A stretch of DNA of 64,000 nucleotides from a virus (taxonomy: Duplodnaviria > Heunggongvirae > Uroviricota > Caudoviricetes), in IMG/VR virus record IMGVR_UViG_3300017565_000001, positions 237,741 through 301,740 of that record; one strand, 5' to 3'. Each line of letters opens with the position of its first letter. The first letter of the stretch is position 1. This document shows, piece after piece, positions 9,377 through 19,453 of the stretch. The notes below the pieces were generated by a model, which searched no databases, was not told the DNA's origin, and saw only the letters and a list, made by a program, of their open reading frames with translations. The translations under genes were made by a program, and so were the position numbers.

Positions 9377-9673
9377 ATGGAACTAAAAGAAATCTCATTG
9401 ATTTCGTTGATCTCACACGATTGTTCAAATGGCTTTGGGTACTATGATTTCAATAGATCAGGAACGCGCTGGCTGATAGCAAAGTACATTGAACTGACTG
9501 ACGCTGTACATTACCGTGTGGACGACAGATTGGCAGTTATATTTGCCGATCAACACGACCAATGGTGGATTGGCGCGTATTGGCAAGACGATCAAGAATG
9601 GTTTGATATCATGGGCCCGTACGATACCAGCGCTGACGCTTATGTCATGTTGACCCTAGTCGGAAGTAAATAA
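9377..9673 (+). CDS. small protein, WW...DxGPF family
   Basis: WWIGAYWQDDQEWFDIMGPYDT. Confidence 0.65.
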   Translation: MELKEISLISLISHDCSNGFGYYDFNRSGTRWLIAKYIELTDAVHYRVDDRLAVIFADQHDQWWIGAYWQDDQEWFDIMGPYDTSADAYVMLTLVGSK

Positions 9674-9743
9674 AGCAGCACACAACAGGCTCATTTGGCG
9701 TTTTAAATAAGAACAGTATTTGATGTTCTTATGGTGAAAGGCT

Positions 9744-10370
9744 ATGAGCTGGTTGTTCTGTTATTACGTGGAAACTCGATACGGTTGCATTTATCGCTTC
9801 CCAAATCCGTGGTTCAACCAAGAAGCCATTCTGGATGCCTGTCCAGGAGCCATCTTTCACTGCTCTGAATCCCACCAAATCCACGCTATCGGCGGTTTCC
9901 TGAAAAACTTCGGTCTGCGAACATGCATGATTATTGAAGTCAAGAGCGACGCTGAGGCAATGATTCTTCGTTTGATGGATGATCAGGTTGTTTCAATGAA
10001 TCATAGCATGAAGAGTAAACCACCTTCCTTGCAGTTGATTCTTGAGAACCCTGATATGAAAACACTAGACGAACTATCCCAACCCCTCATAGAGTACAAG
10101 AAAGGGGACACCAAGCGACGTTCTGACAATAGGGCTTGTCAGACCCTTCAGAAACAAGTTGATCGCGTGGTGATGACCTTAGAGGACCTGGAGGGGTCTA
10201 TCAGTACTGAGTTCATTGAGAAAGCTTCTGCATTCGTTGATGACAGCCTTCAGGAAATTGAACGCATCCGCAATGAAGGTCGAGTTGAATCCCGTAAAGC
10301 CACCGCCGCCCGAAAGGCGCTTCAAAAGAAACTCTTAAGTTTCTCCACATATATCAAACCAGCCCCTTGA
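9744..10370 (+). CDS. hypothetical protein with coiled-coil C-terminal half
   Basis: 208 aa; internal VKSDAEAMILRL resembles the family motif. Confidence 0.6.
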   Translation: MSWLFCYYVETRYGCIYRFPNPWFNQEAILDACPGAIFHCSESHQIHAIGGFLKNFGLRTCMIIEVKSDAEAMILRLMDDQVVSMNHSMKSKPPSLQLILENPDMKTLDELSQPLIEYKKGDTKRRSDNRACQTLQKQVDRVVMTLEDLEGSISTEFIEKASAFVDDSLQEIERIRNEGRVESRKATAARKALQKKLLSFSTYIKPAP

Positions 10371-10786
10371 TTGCCAGTTTGCCATACTCTATACTGATGT
10401 GGCAAATACAGGCCAAGCATGTGACTGACATCGATTCAAAACCCATCACCGTAAACTGTCCAACTGACAAGTTATCTTCAGCAGACCATGAAGTCGTTAC
10501 TCTGCGCCTGCTTGGTGAGCAGAAAACGATCCTGGACATAGATTGGCGATTCAAGCATCGAAGTCATCACATCAAATACGTGATATCAGGCAATGAACCA
10601 CACTGGTATGTAAATGGCTTCCGCACCTTGGTGGCCTTCATCAGTACGGGTCAGTGGTGGATCGTTGCTGACGATCCATTGTATGACTTGATGTTTAAAG
10701 ACATTGGACCATTCGTCACCGCCACGGCTGCCTTAGATTTCTTGAAAGCAGAACACGAACATCGTTTGGATGGACAAATCGAATGA
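10367..10786 (+). CDS. small protein, WW...DxGPF family (start uncertain)
   Basis: WWIVADDPLYDLMFKDIGPF. Confidence 0.65.
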   Translation: MIASLPYSILMWQIQAKHVTDIDSKPITVNCPTDKLSSADHEVVTLRLLGEQKTILDIDWRFKHRSHHIKYVISGNEPHWYVNGFRTLVAFISTGQWWIVADDPLYDLMFKDIGPFVTATAALDFLKAEHEHRLDGQIE

Positions 10787-11094
10787 ATCCATATACCATT
10801 GCGGAAGTAAAAGAACAATTCGATACATTGCCTGAGGGTGTTTATTCCTTAGTTACCGCGTTCAACATTGAGCGGCATCGAGGCAATAAGATGCTTGCGG
10901 TTGTAAGTCCCACGCATCGATCATTTTACATTGATGGTATGGCCTGTGTGGTTCTCTCCCTAGTGGACAAGCCAGGATGGCTCATCGTGGCCAATTACTA
11001 TGGCGATGATGCGAAATTTACAGACATCGGTCCCTTCAACGACTTGCACGAAGCTTTGACTTATGTGCATCTGCGCAAGGATGTACTGGAATGA
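10783..11094 (+). CDS. small protein, WW...DxGPF family
   Basis: WLIVANYYGDDAKFTDIGPFNDLHEA; ATGA overlap. Confidence 0.7.
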   Translation: MNPYTIAEVKEQFDTLPEGVYSLVTAFNIERHRGNKMLAVVSPTHRSFYIDGMACVVLSLVDKPGWLIVANYYGDDAKFTDIGPFNDLHEALTYVHLRKDVLE

Positions 11095-11447
11095 CTGTGA
11101 TCGACCAAACGATTTTGGATCTTCATGATCAATTGGAGCAAGATATCATATGGTTCAAATTGCTCGATTCCGACCAATTGACGATGGATTCATATCCTGG
11201 GCGTCGTCACCGCCAGTATTTGTTTGACTACACGGTCGCTCATAGTGGAAATAATTCGTTTTGGGTGAAGCAGGAGATTGAATTCATAATCGTGCATTTG
11301 ACTGATCTAGAAGTCACCGGATGGTGGCTGGTCGCCAATTCTCGAAATGAGGATGAGTTGTTTGACGATCAAGGGCCATTCACAAACCTGCATGACGCTA
11401 TTGTGGCTGCGAACGAATATTCAGACATGGATGTACCCAATGAGTGA
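11091..11447 (+). CDS. small protein, WW...DxGPF family
   Basis: WWLVANSRNEDELFDDQGPFTNLHDA. Confidence 0.7.
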   Translation: MTVIDQTILDLHDQLEQDIIWFKLLDSDQLTMDSYPGRRHRQYLFDYTVAHSGNNSFWVKQEIEFIIVHLTDLEVTGWWLVANSRNEDELFDDQGPFTNLHDAIVAANEYSDMDVPNE

Positions 11448-11763
11448 GCCACTATTGACTCAACTGTTGTGGCTCAAGAAGCACACTAATTGGGAATATG
11501 ACATTGTTCTTGATGATGAAAGCAAAAACAAACATCGAGAAACCATGACAGCTTTGGTGTTCCTGATACCGTACACGGATCAAGATGAAATGCTGAACAT
11601 CATGATTGGTGATGTTCCCATGAATGCAGTAATTCTTGAACACGATCCTCATAAGTGGTATCTGATTCCGGCTGAACCATCAGATGATTGTCGTCAAGAT
11701 GATGTGGGTCCGTTTGATACAATTCAAGACATAATCTTTCACTCCAGCTTGCTATTCGCTTGA
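11440..11763 (+). CDS. small protein, WW...DxGPF family
   Basis: WYLIPAEPSDDCRQDDVGPFDT. Confidence 0.65.
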   Translation: MSEPLLTQLLWLKKHTNWEYDIVLDDESKNKHRETMTALVFLIPYTDQDEMLNIMIGDVPMNAVILEHDPHKWYLIPAEPSDDCRQDDVGPFDTIQDIIFHSSLLFA

Positions 11764-11795
11764 CTTGGTAGCCAAATGAATTTACCATCACAACA
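11760..11795 (+). promoter_or_regulatory. conserved early promoter, copy 4
   Basis: TTGACT-N17-TACCAT-CACAAC-ATGGTAAA; CCAAATGAA at 11772-11780. Confidence 0.75.
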
Positions 11796-11816
11796 TGGTA
11801 AAGACAGGAGAGCTAA

Positions 11817-12989
11817 ATGGAAGCGATTGAAAGCAATGGCACGTTTCTGATCCCGGAAGCGAACTTCCCCAAGTTTGAGGCCGAGATGGCCAAGCTCAAC
11901 AAGCGGTCCCTGAAGCTTACTGGTGATGATATCACCTATGTGGTCTTTGGCTACGAGATGAAGGAGTTCGAGAAGGGTCAAGCAGTCAAGTGCTTCAATG
12001 TGCTGCTTACCGCCGAGGCTCCCAAGCTGAATGGCTGGACATTCCTGGCTCGCATCGACCATGCCAACAAAGAAGTTGGCAACATCGTTCACGTGGTACC
12101 CGGTCAAGTCCTGGATACCAAATATCGTGACGCTGGTAGCGTTTGCGAACATTGCAACGTGAATCGTTTCCGTCGTGATACGTTCGTGGTTCACAACGAA
12201 ACCACCCAGGAAACCAAGCAAGTGGGTCGAACCTGCTTGAAGGACTTCCTGGGTCACGAAAATCCCGAAGCCATGGCAAAGCGTGCCGAATTCCTGGGCT
12301 TTGCCGCTCAGCTGGGCCAAGTTCACAGCTACTCGAAGCCTGGTGAAGGATTCGTCCTGTACTTGAACATTCCTACCTTGCTGGAAAAGTTTGCCTACAC
12401 GGCCCGCGTTGAAGGTTACGTGAGCCGCAAGATGGCCATGGCGAATGAGAACCTGGAGACCACTGGTGGCCGTGCTTTTACGAGCAAGGATCTCCCAGTC
12501 GAAGAACAGGACGTATTGCTTGCGGAGCAGGCTCTGGAATGGGCAAAGAACCTGGGTGATGACGGCAGGGAGCTCTCGGATTACGAGCACAATATCAAGA
12601 CCCTGGCTGTCAGTGGTTACTGCACTCTGCGCTCAGTCAACTACGTGATGTCCATTATCCCCGCGTGGAGCCGTGCAACCGGCAATCTGTTTGCCAAGGG
12701 TCAAGCAAACGTCCCCCGCTATGTGAGCCAGTTTGTGGGTGCTGAGAAGGACAAGATCGAATTCCAGGGTACGATCGGCCGTATCACAGTCTGCGAAACG
12801 CAGTTTGGTTCTTCCCTGCGTGTTGCACTCAAGGACCTTACTGGTAACGAGTTTGTGTGGTTTACGGGCTCTGAAGTGAAAGCCAGTGAAGGCCAGAGCG
12901 TCAAGGTTCGTGCAACGGTTAAGGGGCACGAAGAATTCAACAACGTGCGTCGTACCCAGCTGACGCGCTGCAAGATCGAAATCGTCTAA
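11817..12989 (+). CDS. zinc-ribbon + C-terminal OB-fold-like protein (putative nucleic-acid binding)
   Basis: CEHC...VGRTC; C-terminal beta-rich GQSVKVRATVKGHEEFNNVRRTQLTR. Confidence 0.6.
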   Translation: MEAIESNGTFLIPEANFPKFEAEMAKLNKRSLKLTGDDITYVVFGYEMKEFEKGQAVKCFNVLLTAEAPKLNGWTFLARIDHANKEVGNIVHVVPGQVLDTKYRDAGSVCEHCNVNRFRRDTFVVHNETTQETKQVGRTCLKDFLGHENPEAMAKRAEFLGFAAQLGQVHSYSKPGEGFVLYLNIPTLLEKFAYTARVEGYVSRKMAMANENLETTGGRAFTSKDLPVEEQDVLLAEQALEWAKNLGDDGRELSDYEHNIKTLAVSGYCTLRSVNYVMSIIPAWSRATGNLFAKGQANVPRYVSQFVGAEKDKIEFQGTIGRITVCETQFGSSLRVALKDLTGNEFVWFTGSEVKASEGQSVKVRATVKGHEEFNNVRRTQLTRCKIEIV

Positions 12990-13000
12990 GGAGATCAACA

Positions 13001-13210
13001 ATGAATACTTTTATCGCCGCAGCTTTCCTGGTCATCAATTTTGGTGGCTACCAAAATGCCGCTGCTGTTCAAATTCCCATGCCGTCCTTGCTGGCATGTC
13101 AGACACGTCTTGCTGAGATTTACAAGGTGAATCCCACACCCATCCGCTACGCCATGTGCATTTCGACTGACATCAACGCACCCATCGTACCGTCCAAGAA
13201 TCTCTGGTAA
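13001..13210 (+). CDS. small exported or membrane protein
   Basis: N-terminal hydrophobic segment, two Cys, AAGGAG SD. Confidence 0.6.
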   Translation: MNTFIAAAFLVINFGGYQNAAAVQIPMPSLLACQTRLAEIYKVNPTPIRYAMCISTDINAPIVPSKNLW

Positions 13211-13258
13211 AACGTAACAGTCAGTTGATTATGGCGCTGAAAGGCGCCATAATGCTTT

Positions 13259-13849
13259 ATGGAATCAATGGGAGGAAGGATGACGTTCGATTTTGCGCCC
13301 ACATATGTTGCGAGCATCGATGCCGCCAGCCAAGCTACGACACGAAGCCGTAGCGCCTTGGGCTGTGAAGTTCTTACTCCAGAACTGCAACAGGCATTGG
13401 TACCTTTCCTGAACTTCATCAATGACAATATGGTCATCAATGAAGGCTATATGGGCCTGGAGCGGTCACGTCGTCAAGATATTCCAGAGTATATGCGCCA
13501 GCGTCTTGCCTTGATTTTCCATAAACGATCAAATCTCATCACAGTCAGTTGGATGTGGGAGCATATGGGTACGACTTATATGGTCGATGAATATGCGGCT
13601 GGTTCCCCTGGAGAATCTACGGATGTGGTGATCCGGGTCTCAACCGAAGACTGGATGATCTCCTTCTCCACCTCTAAATTCCTGGGATTCTGGCGTGATT
13701 CTGAACCCCGGGTTACCCTTTACACTGGTTGGGTTGATAACGAGCCTTTCTTCAAGAGGCGCCGTGTCAACGACACCATCGACTTCAAAATTCACAACGG
13801 TGAAGAAGCATTCTATCGCGACCTCATCATGCTGAAACTTTCCCTCTAA
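13259..13849 (+). CDS. hypothetical protein
   Basis: 196 aa; ends FYRDLIMLKLSL. Confidence 0.65.
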   Translation: MESMGGRMTFDFAPTYVASIDAASQATTRSRSALGCEVLTPELQQALVPFLNFINDNMVINEGYMGLERSRRQDIPEYMRQRLALIFHKRSNLITVSWMWEHMGTTYMVDEYAAGSPGESTDVVIRVSTEDWMISFSTSKFLGFWRDSEPRVTLYTGWVDNEPFFKRRRVNDTIDFKIHNGEEAFYRDLIMLKLSL

Positions 13850-13858
13850 AGGAGCTTT

Positions 13859-15115
13859 ATGCAAACCAAAGTAGTAACCATCGCCAATGGCATTCGTGTC
13901 CTGATCGTCAACAATCCCAACGTCCAGAGCGTGACTGTTGGGGCCTTCACCAACGTTGGTGCCCGAAATGAAACCAAGAAGCTCAACGGCATCAGCCACT
14001 TCCTGGAGCATATGGCGTTCAAGGGTACGACCACTCGTGACTACCTGAAGATCGCCACTGATGCCGAGCGCCTGGGTGCCAGCATGAACGCCTACACGAG
14101 TCGCGATCGCACTGCCTACCATATGGGTGGGTTGGCCAAGCATCTGCCCACTTTCGTAGAAATCATCGGTGACATTCTGAGCAATTCAGTGTTGCCCGAA
14201 GATGAAATCGAACGTGAACGCGGCGTCATCGTACAAGAGTTCGAACGCTACCAGGACAATCCCTCGGCCATCGCGTACTACCAGTTCGAGAAGGCTCGCT
14301 ACGGTGACAGCTCGTACGGTCGCACTATCCTGGGTCCCAAGGCTAACATCCTGCGTTTCACCCGCGATGACTTCAAGGGGTACATGGACAAGCATTACAC
14401 TGGTCGAAACATCATCGTTGCCATCGCCGGCAATGTTGACGAAGACCAGGCAGTGAAGCTCGTCGAACAACACTTCGGCAGCATTCCGGAAGGTCAGGAA
14501 GCTGTGGTCGAACTGCCCAAGTTCGTGGGTGGCATTCAACCCCTGAAGCGTTCATTCAAGCAAAGCCACGTGGTGATCGGCTTCGAAGCCGCTAACCTGC
14601 AGGAAGACTTCTACGCCGATTTGGTGGCTGGTGAACTTCTGGGTGGTGGTATGAGCTCCCCGCTGTTCGTTGAAGTCCGCGAAAAGCGTGGCCTGGCATA
14701 TAGCATCGCCAGTAGCACGGATTTCTCGGACAACAATGGCCAGATGTACATGTTCGCAGGCACCACGGAAGAACATCTGGATCAAATGTTCGACACCATC
14801 GGCGACGTACTGTTGAGCCACACCCAGACGATCACTCCCATGGATCTGGAACGCGCCATCAACTCCCTGCTGGTTTACGAGATCCGCAAGACTGAGCGTC
14901 CTTTCGCAGTTGCCACCAATGCTGCTGAGGATCTGTTCACTCACGGTAAAATCAGCGACGCGAGCGAATTCGTTCGTCGCGTTGAGGCAGTCACCGCTGA
15001 AGACGTGAAGGCTAGTATTGCCCGCATGATCGCCTCACCCGCCAGCGTTGCGGTTGTGGGTAAGGGTGCAGACGATCGCTTCCTGGCAAGCCTGGAAACC
15101 AAGCTGAAGGGTTAA
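13859..15115 (+). CDS. M16 family zinc peptidase (insulinase/MPP-like)
   Basis: Inverzincin HFLEH, MNAYTS, EIERERGVI, LGGGMSSPLF, VREKRGLAY. Confidence 0.92.
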   Translation: MQTKVVTIANGIRVLIVNNPNVQSVTVGAFTNVGARNETKKLNGISHFLEHMAFKGTTTRDYLKIATDAERLGASMNAYTSRDRTAYHMGGLAKHLPTFVEIIGDILSNSVLPEDEIERERGVIVQEFERYQDNPSAIAYYQFEKARYGDSSYGRTILGPKANILRFTRDDFKGYMDKHYTGRNIIVAIAGNVDEDQAVKLVEQHFGSIPEGQEAVVELPKFVGGIQPLKRSFKQSHVVIGFEAANLQEDFYADLVAGELLGGGMSSPLFVEVREKRGLAYSIASSTDFSDNNGQMYMFAGTTEEHLDQMFDTIGDVLLSHTQTITPMDLERAINSLLVYEIRKTERPFAVATNAAEDLFTHGKISDASEFVRRVEAVTAEDVKASIARMIASPASVAVVGKGADDRFLASLETKLKG

Positions 15116-15135
15116 TCCTTAGCTACATGACCGGG

Positions 15136-15249
15136 AGCCCACTTCGGTGGGCTTTTTCTTGAGTTCATGATTCGTCCAGCCATAGAAAAGGCCCCTTGCT
15201 GACTTAGGGGCCTGAGGGATGGGTATCAGCGGGGGTTGCTGATACCCTT
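15136..15249. terminator. cluster of three hairpins between convergent genes
   Basis: AGCCCAC-TTCG-GTGGGCTTTTT; AGGCCCCT/AGGGGCCT; GGGTATCAGC/GCTGATACCC. Confidence 0.7.
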
Positions 15250-15255
15250 GCCCGA

Positions 15256-15738
15256 TTAGGCTGCGGCTTGGGCCGCTTGGCTTTTGCCGCGACGGGCACC
15301 GGTGGTCTTCTTGGCGACGGCCTTGGTCTTCGTGGCGCGGGAAGCACGGGGAGCCTTCTTGGGAGCATCTGCGGCCATGGAGCCTGCTTCGTCGCGAACG
15401 CGCCAGAGGCGAGCGGTCGGGATGATCTTGCTGGGCTTCTCGCCCGGTTCGCCGTGGACGTCTGCCGCCAACCACTTGTAGCTGGTGGGTTCCAGGGTCA
15501 GGTGGGTGCCACGTTGCAGGCCGGCGTCGTTCAGGAAAGCTTCGGCCATGCGACCGTTCACGGTCACGCCGACACCACCACGGGTGCGCGACGACAGGGG
15601 GAACGTGTCACGTCCGCCTTCGGAAGCGACGGGCTTGATCATCAGTTTGCCGTCCACGATCTTCAGCTTCAGGGCCTTGGTGGTGCCGTCGATGAAGTTG
15701 GTGACAGCGGGCTTGTTCAGGGTCAGGTTGAATTGCAT
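15256..15738 (-). CDS. putative DNA-binding protein with Lys/Ala-rich tail
   Basis: 160 aa, beta-rich core plus APKKAPRASRATKTKAVAKK tail; AAGGAG SD; very GC-biased codons. Confidence 0.7.
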   Translation of the reverse strand: MQFNLTLNKPAVTNFIDGTTKALKLKIVDGKLMIKPVASEGGRDTFPLSSRTRGGVGVTVNGRMAEAFLNDAGLQRGTHLTLEPTSYKWLAADVHGEPGEKPSKIIPTARLWRVRDEAGSMAADAPKKAPRASRATKTKAVAKKTTGARRGKSQAAQAAA

Positions 15739-16087
15739 GTTGGTGCTCCTTCAAAAGTTTATCGAGAGTGCTACAAAGGTGAATGGAGTTGCTTACCACA
15801 TCACAAAGTTGTTTTGTCTTTGCGTACAACCATAATAGTTGCGAACTACGTGCCAAGTCAACCTTTATGGCGATCTCTGGTAGTCAGAAGAATACCTAGA
15901 TAAAACAAGAACCTACGTAGTTCTATGAATATTCTGGTTGAAATTATTTGACTTTTTCAAGACAAATTTTTCATCAAATGTTGTTTGTGCCACACGAAAT
16001 CGAAGAATAAAATGTTGACTTCAAACAAACTGTAAAAAGTGTATGAATAAATACCACTTATAACGATGGCACTTTACAGGCAAATTG

Positions 16088-16414
16088 ATGGCAATAATTT
16101 CATTTACTGACGCAGCAAGGCGGCAACTCATCTCCTATATGGAGCAGAATGATATCACTGCATTGCGTCTGAGTGTTCGAAACTCAGGATGCAGTGGATG
16201 GCGATGCTCATTTGAGCACTTTGTTGGTGATTCATCCTCTATGGCATCCGTTCCGGTGATTGAAGGCCGGCATGTCGTAATGTCTGAACATGACCTGTTT
16301 GTTCTAGATGGTATGACTGTGGATTACGAACGCAATGGTTTGTCATCTCAATATAAGTTCAATACCAGAACGCCCCAAACATATTGTGGATGTGGTGAGA
16401 GCTTTACTTTCTAA
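16088..16414 (+). CDS. iscA: A-type Fe-S carrier (IscA/HesB family)
   Basis: FTDAA, SGCSG and C-terminal CGCGESF. Confidence 0.88.
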   Translation: MAIISFTDAARRQLISYMEQNDITALRLSVRNSGCSGWRCSFEHFVGDSSSMASVPVIEGRHVVMSEHDLFVLDGMTVDYERNGLSSQYKFNTRTPQTYCGCGESFTF

Positions 16415-16417
16415 TCC

Positions 16418-16636
16418 ATGTTTGATCATCTACCCTTTAAAACCCATCGGGTTGTCACTGGAGAGCAGCTATTTCTAGCGGAATTCTGGGACGAACCAAT
16501 AAGAGAATGGTGTGCAAATAATTGTGAAGGAGCCTGGGAAACTTCCCTGGAATCCGTTGAGTCATTGCACTCCGTCATGATTGCTATTCATTTTGAAGAA
16601 GAGGATGACGCGCTGTTGTTTCAGCTGTCATATTGA
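16418..16636 (+). CDS. small protein, FxxxxDAxxFxL family
   Basis: IREWCANNCEGAW...FEEEDDALLFQLSY. Confidence 0.7.
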   Translation: MFDHLPFKTHRVVTGEQLFLAEFWDEPIREWCANNCEGAWETSLESVESLHSVMIAIHFEEEDDALLFQLSY

Positions 16637-16639
16637 AAT

Positions 16640-16861
16640 ATGAGCAAAGATTACGAATATCAGGTTTCAATTGATTTTGACGTAAATCGATCCGTTCAGG
16701 AAGAAGAAGGGATGGCGTCTGCTATTCATAGTTGGTGCAATTCCTATTGCAGTGGTGAATGGGCGTGCTCATTCAATTTCAGCAACACTAGACACCTGGG
16801 CTCTGTCAACATGAGCTTCAGGGAAGAAATGGATGCTTGTCTGTTCAAGCTTTCATTTTAA
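16640..16861 (+). CDS. small protein, FxxxxDAxxFxL family
   Basis: IHSWCNSYCSGEW...FREEMDACLFKLSF. Confidence 0.7.
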   Translation: MSKDYEYQVSIDFDVNRSVQEEEGMASAIHSWCNSYCSGEWACSFNFSNTRHLGSVNMSFREEMDACLFKLSF

Positions 16862-16913
16862 ATGAGTATTTTGCCTACTGAGGCTCACAAATAAATATTT
16901 GGACTAGGGAACC

Positions 16914-17168
16914 TTGGAGGCGATTGTGAGCAATGTTATTAAATTCCCAAGAAGCGAAGAACGTAAAGCTCTGTTGAAGGAGCAAACAGAACAAAATTCA
17001 ATGTTCATGGGAGCGTTCAGCTTTACTTGTCCATGTGGTACTGTGGCGCATATTCAGCCACAGAATATGATATTCAGGACTATGGAGTTCTACTGCAAGG
17101 ACTGTGGTACAGCTCACAAGGTTACAAACCCAGCCTTCACCCCACCCAAACCTACAAAATCTCGTTAA
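16914..17168 (+). CDS. small zinc-ribbon protein
   Basis: CPCG...CKDCG; SNVIKFP N-terminus; TAAATA upstream. Confidence 0.65.
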   Translation: MEAIVSNVIKFPRSEERKALLKEQTEQNSMFMGAFSFTCPCGTVAHIQPQNMIFRTMEFYCKDCGTAHKVTNPAFTPPKPTKSR

Positions 17169-17256
17169 TCTTGTTGCCAATTTTTGCGCTAAAGCGTGAT
17201 GGCGTTTAATATATGTCATCACGTTTAGCCTTAAATAGAGGCAAGGAGATTTACGC

Positions 17257-17715
17257 ATGTCAGCAGTAAAAGTTCGAGTGTTGGACGCTCGTATTCAGGA
17301 ACATCTTCCCAAGTATCAAACACCAGGTTCAGCAGGCTTTGATCTGCGTGCCGCCATCGATGCTCCCCTAGTCATCGAAGCAGGCCAAACGGTTCTGGTC
17401 CCAACTGGTTTGTCAATCTATCTGCAGGATCCAAACCTTGTTGGTATCATTGCTCCTCGCTCTGGTCTGGGCCACAAGAATGGCATTGTGTTGGGTAACT
17501 TGGTTGGTGTGATCGACTCCGACTATCAAGGTCAGCTCATGGTTTCGGTGTGGAATCGAAACGCAAAGGGATCTGAACCTTTCACAATTAACCCGCTTGA
17601 TCGCATTGCTCAATATTTGGTTATGCCAGTCGTTCAAGCAACTTTTGAAGTGGTTGACGAATTCCAAGCTACTGAACGTGGCGAAGGTGGATTCGGCTCC
17701 ACGGGCAAACAATAA
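17257..17715 (+). CDS. dut: dUTPase (trimeric)
   Basis: [35 protein letters not shown]. Confidence 0.97.
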   Translation: MSAVKVRVLDARIQEHLPKYQTPGSAGFDLRAAIDAPLVIEAGQTVLVPTGLSIYLQDPNLVGIIAPRSGLGHKNGIVLGNLVGVIDSDYQGQLMVSVWNRNAKGSEPFTINPLDRIAQYLVMPVVQATFEVVDEFQATERGEGGFGSTGKQ

Positions 17716-18069
17716 ATGGACTACCCAGGACTTGACGCTTCTAAATTAACAGACGACCAGTTGATGAATAAGATTGCCGAAATTCACGGCAAACTTATCT
17801 ACGCTTATAACTTCAGCAACGCCCAGGAATTCGTTGAACAACTTCAATGGATTCTGGAGACTTTGCAATTTGAACAGAGCGATAGAGCGAACCGCCGAGC
17901 CTGGGATCTGATGTCCAGAAAGCAACCACAAGTGATTGAAACTGAACCCGATTTGGTCGTCAAGCAGAAAGATGATTCCCTTCCAAGCAAAAAGAAGGGT
18001 GGTGTTTCTGGTGGCGGCAGCCTACTCAAACGCTCAAGAAGCTCCACTGCTGGAACTACGGACCTTTAA
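17716..18069 (+). CDS. hypothetical protein
   Basis: 117 aa, abuts the dut stop codon. Confidence 0.7.
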   Translation: MDYPGLDASKLTDDQLMNKIAEIHGKLIYAYNFSNAQEFVEQLQWILETLQFEQSDRANRRAWDLMSRKQPQVIETEPDLVVKQKDDSLPSKKKGGVSGGGSLLKRSRSSTAGTTDL

Positions 18070-18191
18070 CCTGAGTGTTAATAAATAAAGTTGGTAGCTT
18101 GGTGGGGATCCTTAATAAGGCCGCTCAAACCCACCAAGCGAAGTCGGGCCCGGCTACCATTTGCTTGCAATGAAGTATCAATCAAAGGTGT

Positions 18192-18902
18192 ATGATGAGT
18201 GAAGTTAACGATGATATTTTGGGTGAAAGTTACACCTGGGTAAACTTCAAGTTCAAGACTATCCGTATAGTTGGCAATACGATCACTAGTCACAATAGTT
18301 CCATCAAGGCAGAAATGCTCGTTGATGACGATGCATCAGATCAAGATGTAATGATTGCATTGGAGAAAATTCATTTCTGGTTCGACCAGATTGTTCCATT
18401 GAGCGTATTGTTTTGCCGAGACAATGAATTTGCGTTCAATGTTATGTTTGGTGCTGACGGTACCCTGCAGTCAGCAAACTTCCCTATGGCCATCCCAGAA
18501 GAGCCCACAGACGATTATTTGGCATTGGTGTTCCACAGCAAGCTGAATGCTCTAGCGGGTGATTCCTTGGCCTTTGGTATGATTGAAATTCAAAGTGATA
18601 CCAGGGAACAACTTACCTGTACCTTCACTGGATATGGTGAATTGTTCTTACCTGATATGGACGAATGGGTGGGTGAACGCGCATTTCATTCAAAGCCCTG
18701 GTGGGCGCGCAATGACGGGTCAACCCTAGATATTGTGCCACCTGAGGATGCGGATCTCAAACATCCGCCACTCGTTGGTGTTGACTTGTCTTTTATTGAA
18801 CAAAGATTTAGGCAACCTGAGTCCGGAACTGCTATCGTAATCAGACCTGAAAAATTCAAGCCTGAGGTCATTATCGGTGGAAAGGACAAACCAGAGAATT
18901 GA
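18192..18902 (+). CDS. hypothetical protein
   Basis: 236 aa acidic ORF overlapping the next gene. Confidence 0.75.
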   Translation: MMSEVNDDILGESYTWVNFKFKTIRIVGNTITSHNSSIKAEMLVDDDASDQDVMIALEKIHFWFDQIVPLSVLFCRDNEFAFNVMFGADGTLQSANFPMAIPEEPTDDYLALVFHSKLNALAGDSLAFGMIEIQSDTREQLTCTFTGYGELFLPDMDEWVGERAFHSKPWWARNDGSTLDIVPPEDADLKHPPLVGVDLSFIEQRFRQPESGTAIVIRPEKFKPEVIIGGKDKPEN

Positions 18903-19413
18903 TAATTGGGGTCGAGTGGTCCTTGACGAACAAGGGCTACTTGAACTCTTTTATAAGGGGATTGAAAATCCCCAGGATGTTCTTATTGAAAGAACTCCAG
19001 AAGTTGAAGCATACAATCAGTGGTGTCAAACATTTGATGCCGCGGATAAGAAAGTGATCATTTTCCAGGATATGGACAAATCTCCTGAAGAATATCACGC
19101 AGAACGACAAGCCAATTGGCTGATTCCTCAAGAATATTTGGATCTGGATGTGGAATCATGGCTCTATGCCAAATGCAACAACCAGATCCAGATTGATCGA
19201 GTCAAGACTGAACTGGAATTGTTCAACAAACATCAGATGTACGACGTATTGCGTTTGTTCATCTACATTACTGAAACACTTCGAACCAACAACGTATGGT
19301 GGGGAGTGGGGCGTGGTAGTAGCGTCTCCAGTTATTGTTTATTCCTGATAGGTGTCCATAAGATTGATTCAATCAAATATGATCTCGATATCAAAGAGTT
19401 CATAAGGGACTGA
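18877..19413 (+). CDS. stand-alone fragment of DNA polymerase III alpha (DnaE-like; split polymerase subunit)
   Basis: RVKTELELF...WGVGRGSSVSSYCLFLIGVHKIDSIKYDL matches the DnaE GxGRGS/DPIKYDL region; only 178 aa. Confidence 0.8.
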   Translation: MERTNQRIDNWGRVVLDEQGLLELFYKGIENPQDVLIERTPEVEAYNQWCQTFDAADKKVIIFQDMDKSPEEYHAERQANWLIPQEYLDLDVESWLYAKCNNQIQIDRVKTELELFNKHQMYDVLRLFIYITETLRTNNVWWGVGRGSSVSSYCLFLIGVHKIDSIKYDLDIKEFIRD

Positions 19414-19453
19414 AAATTAAGTGCATAAATAATGCATGAACGGAGGGATTTCA

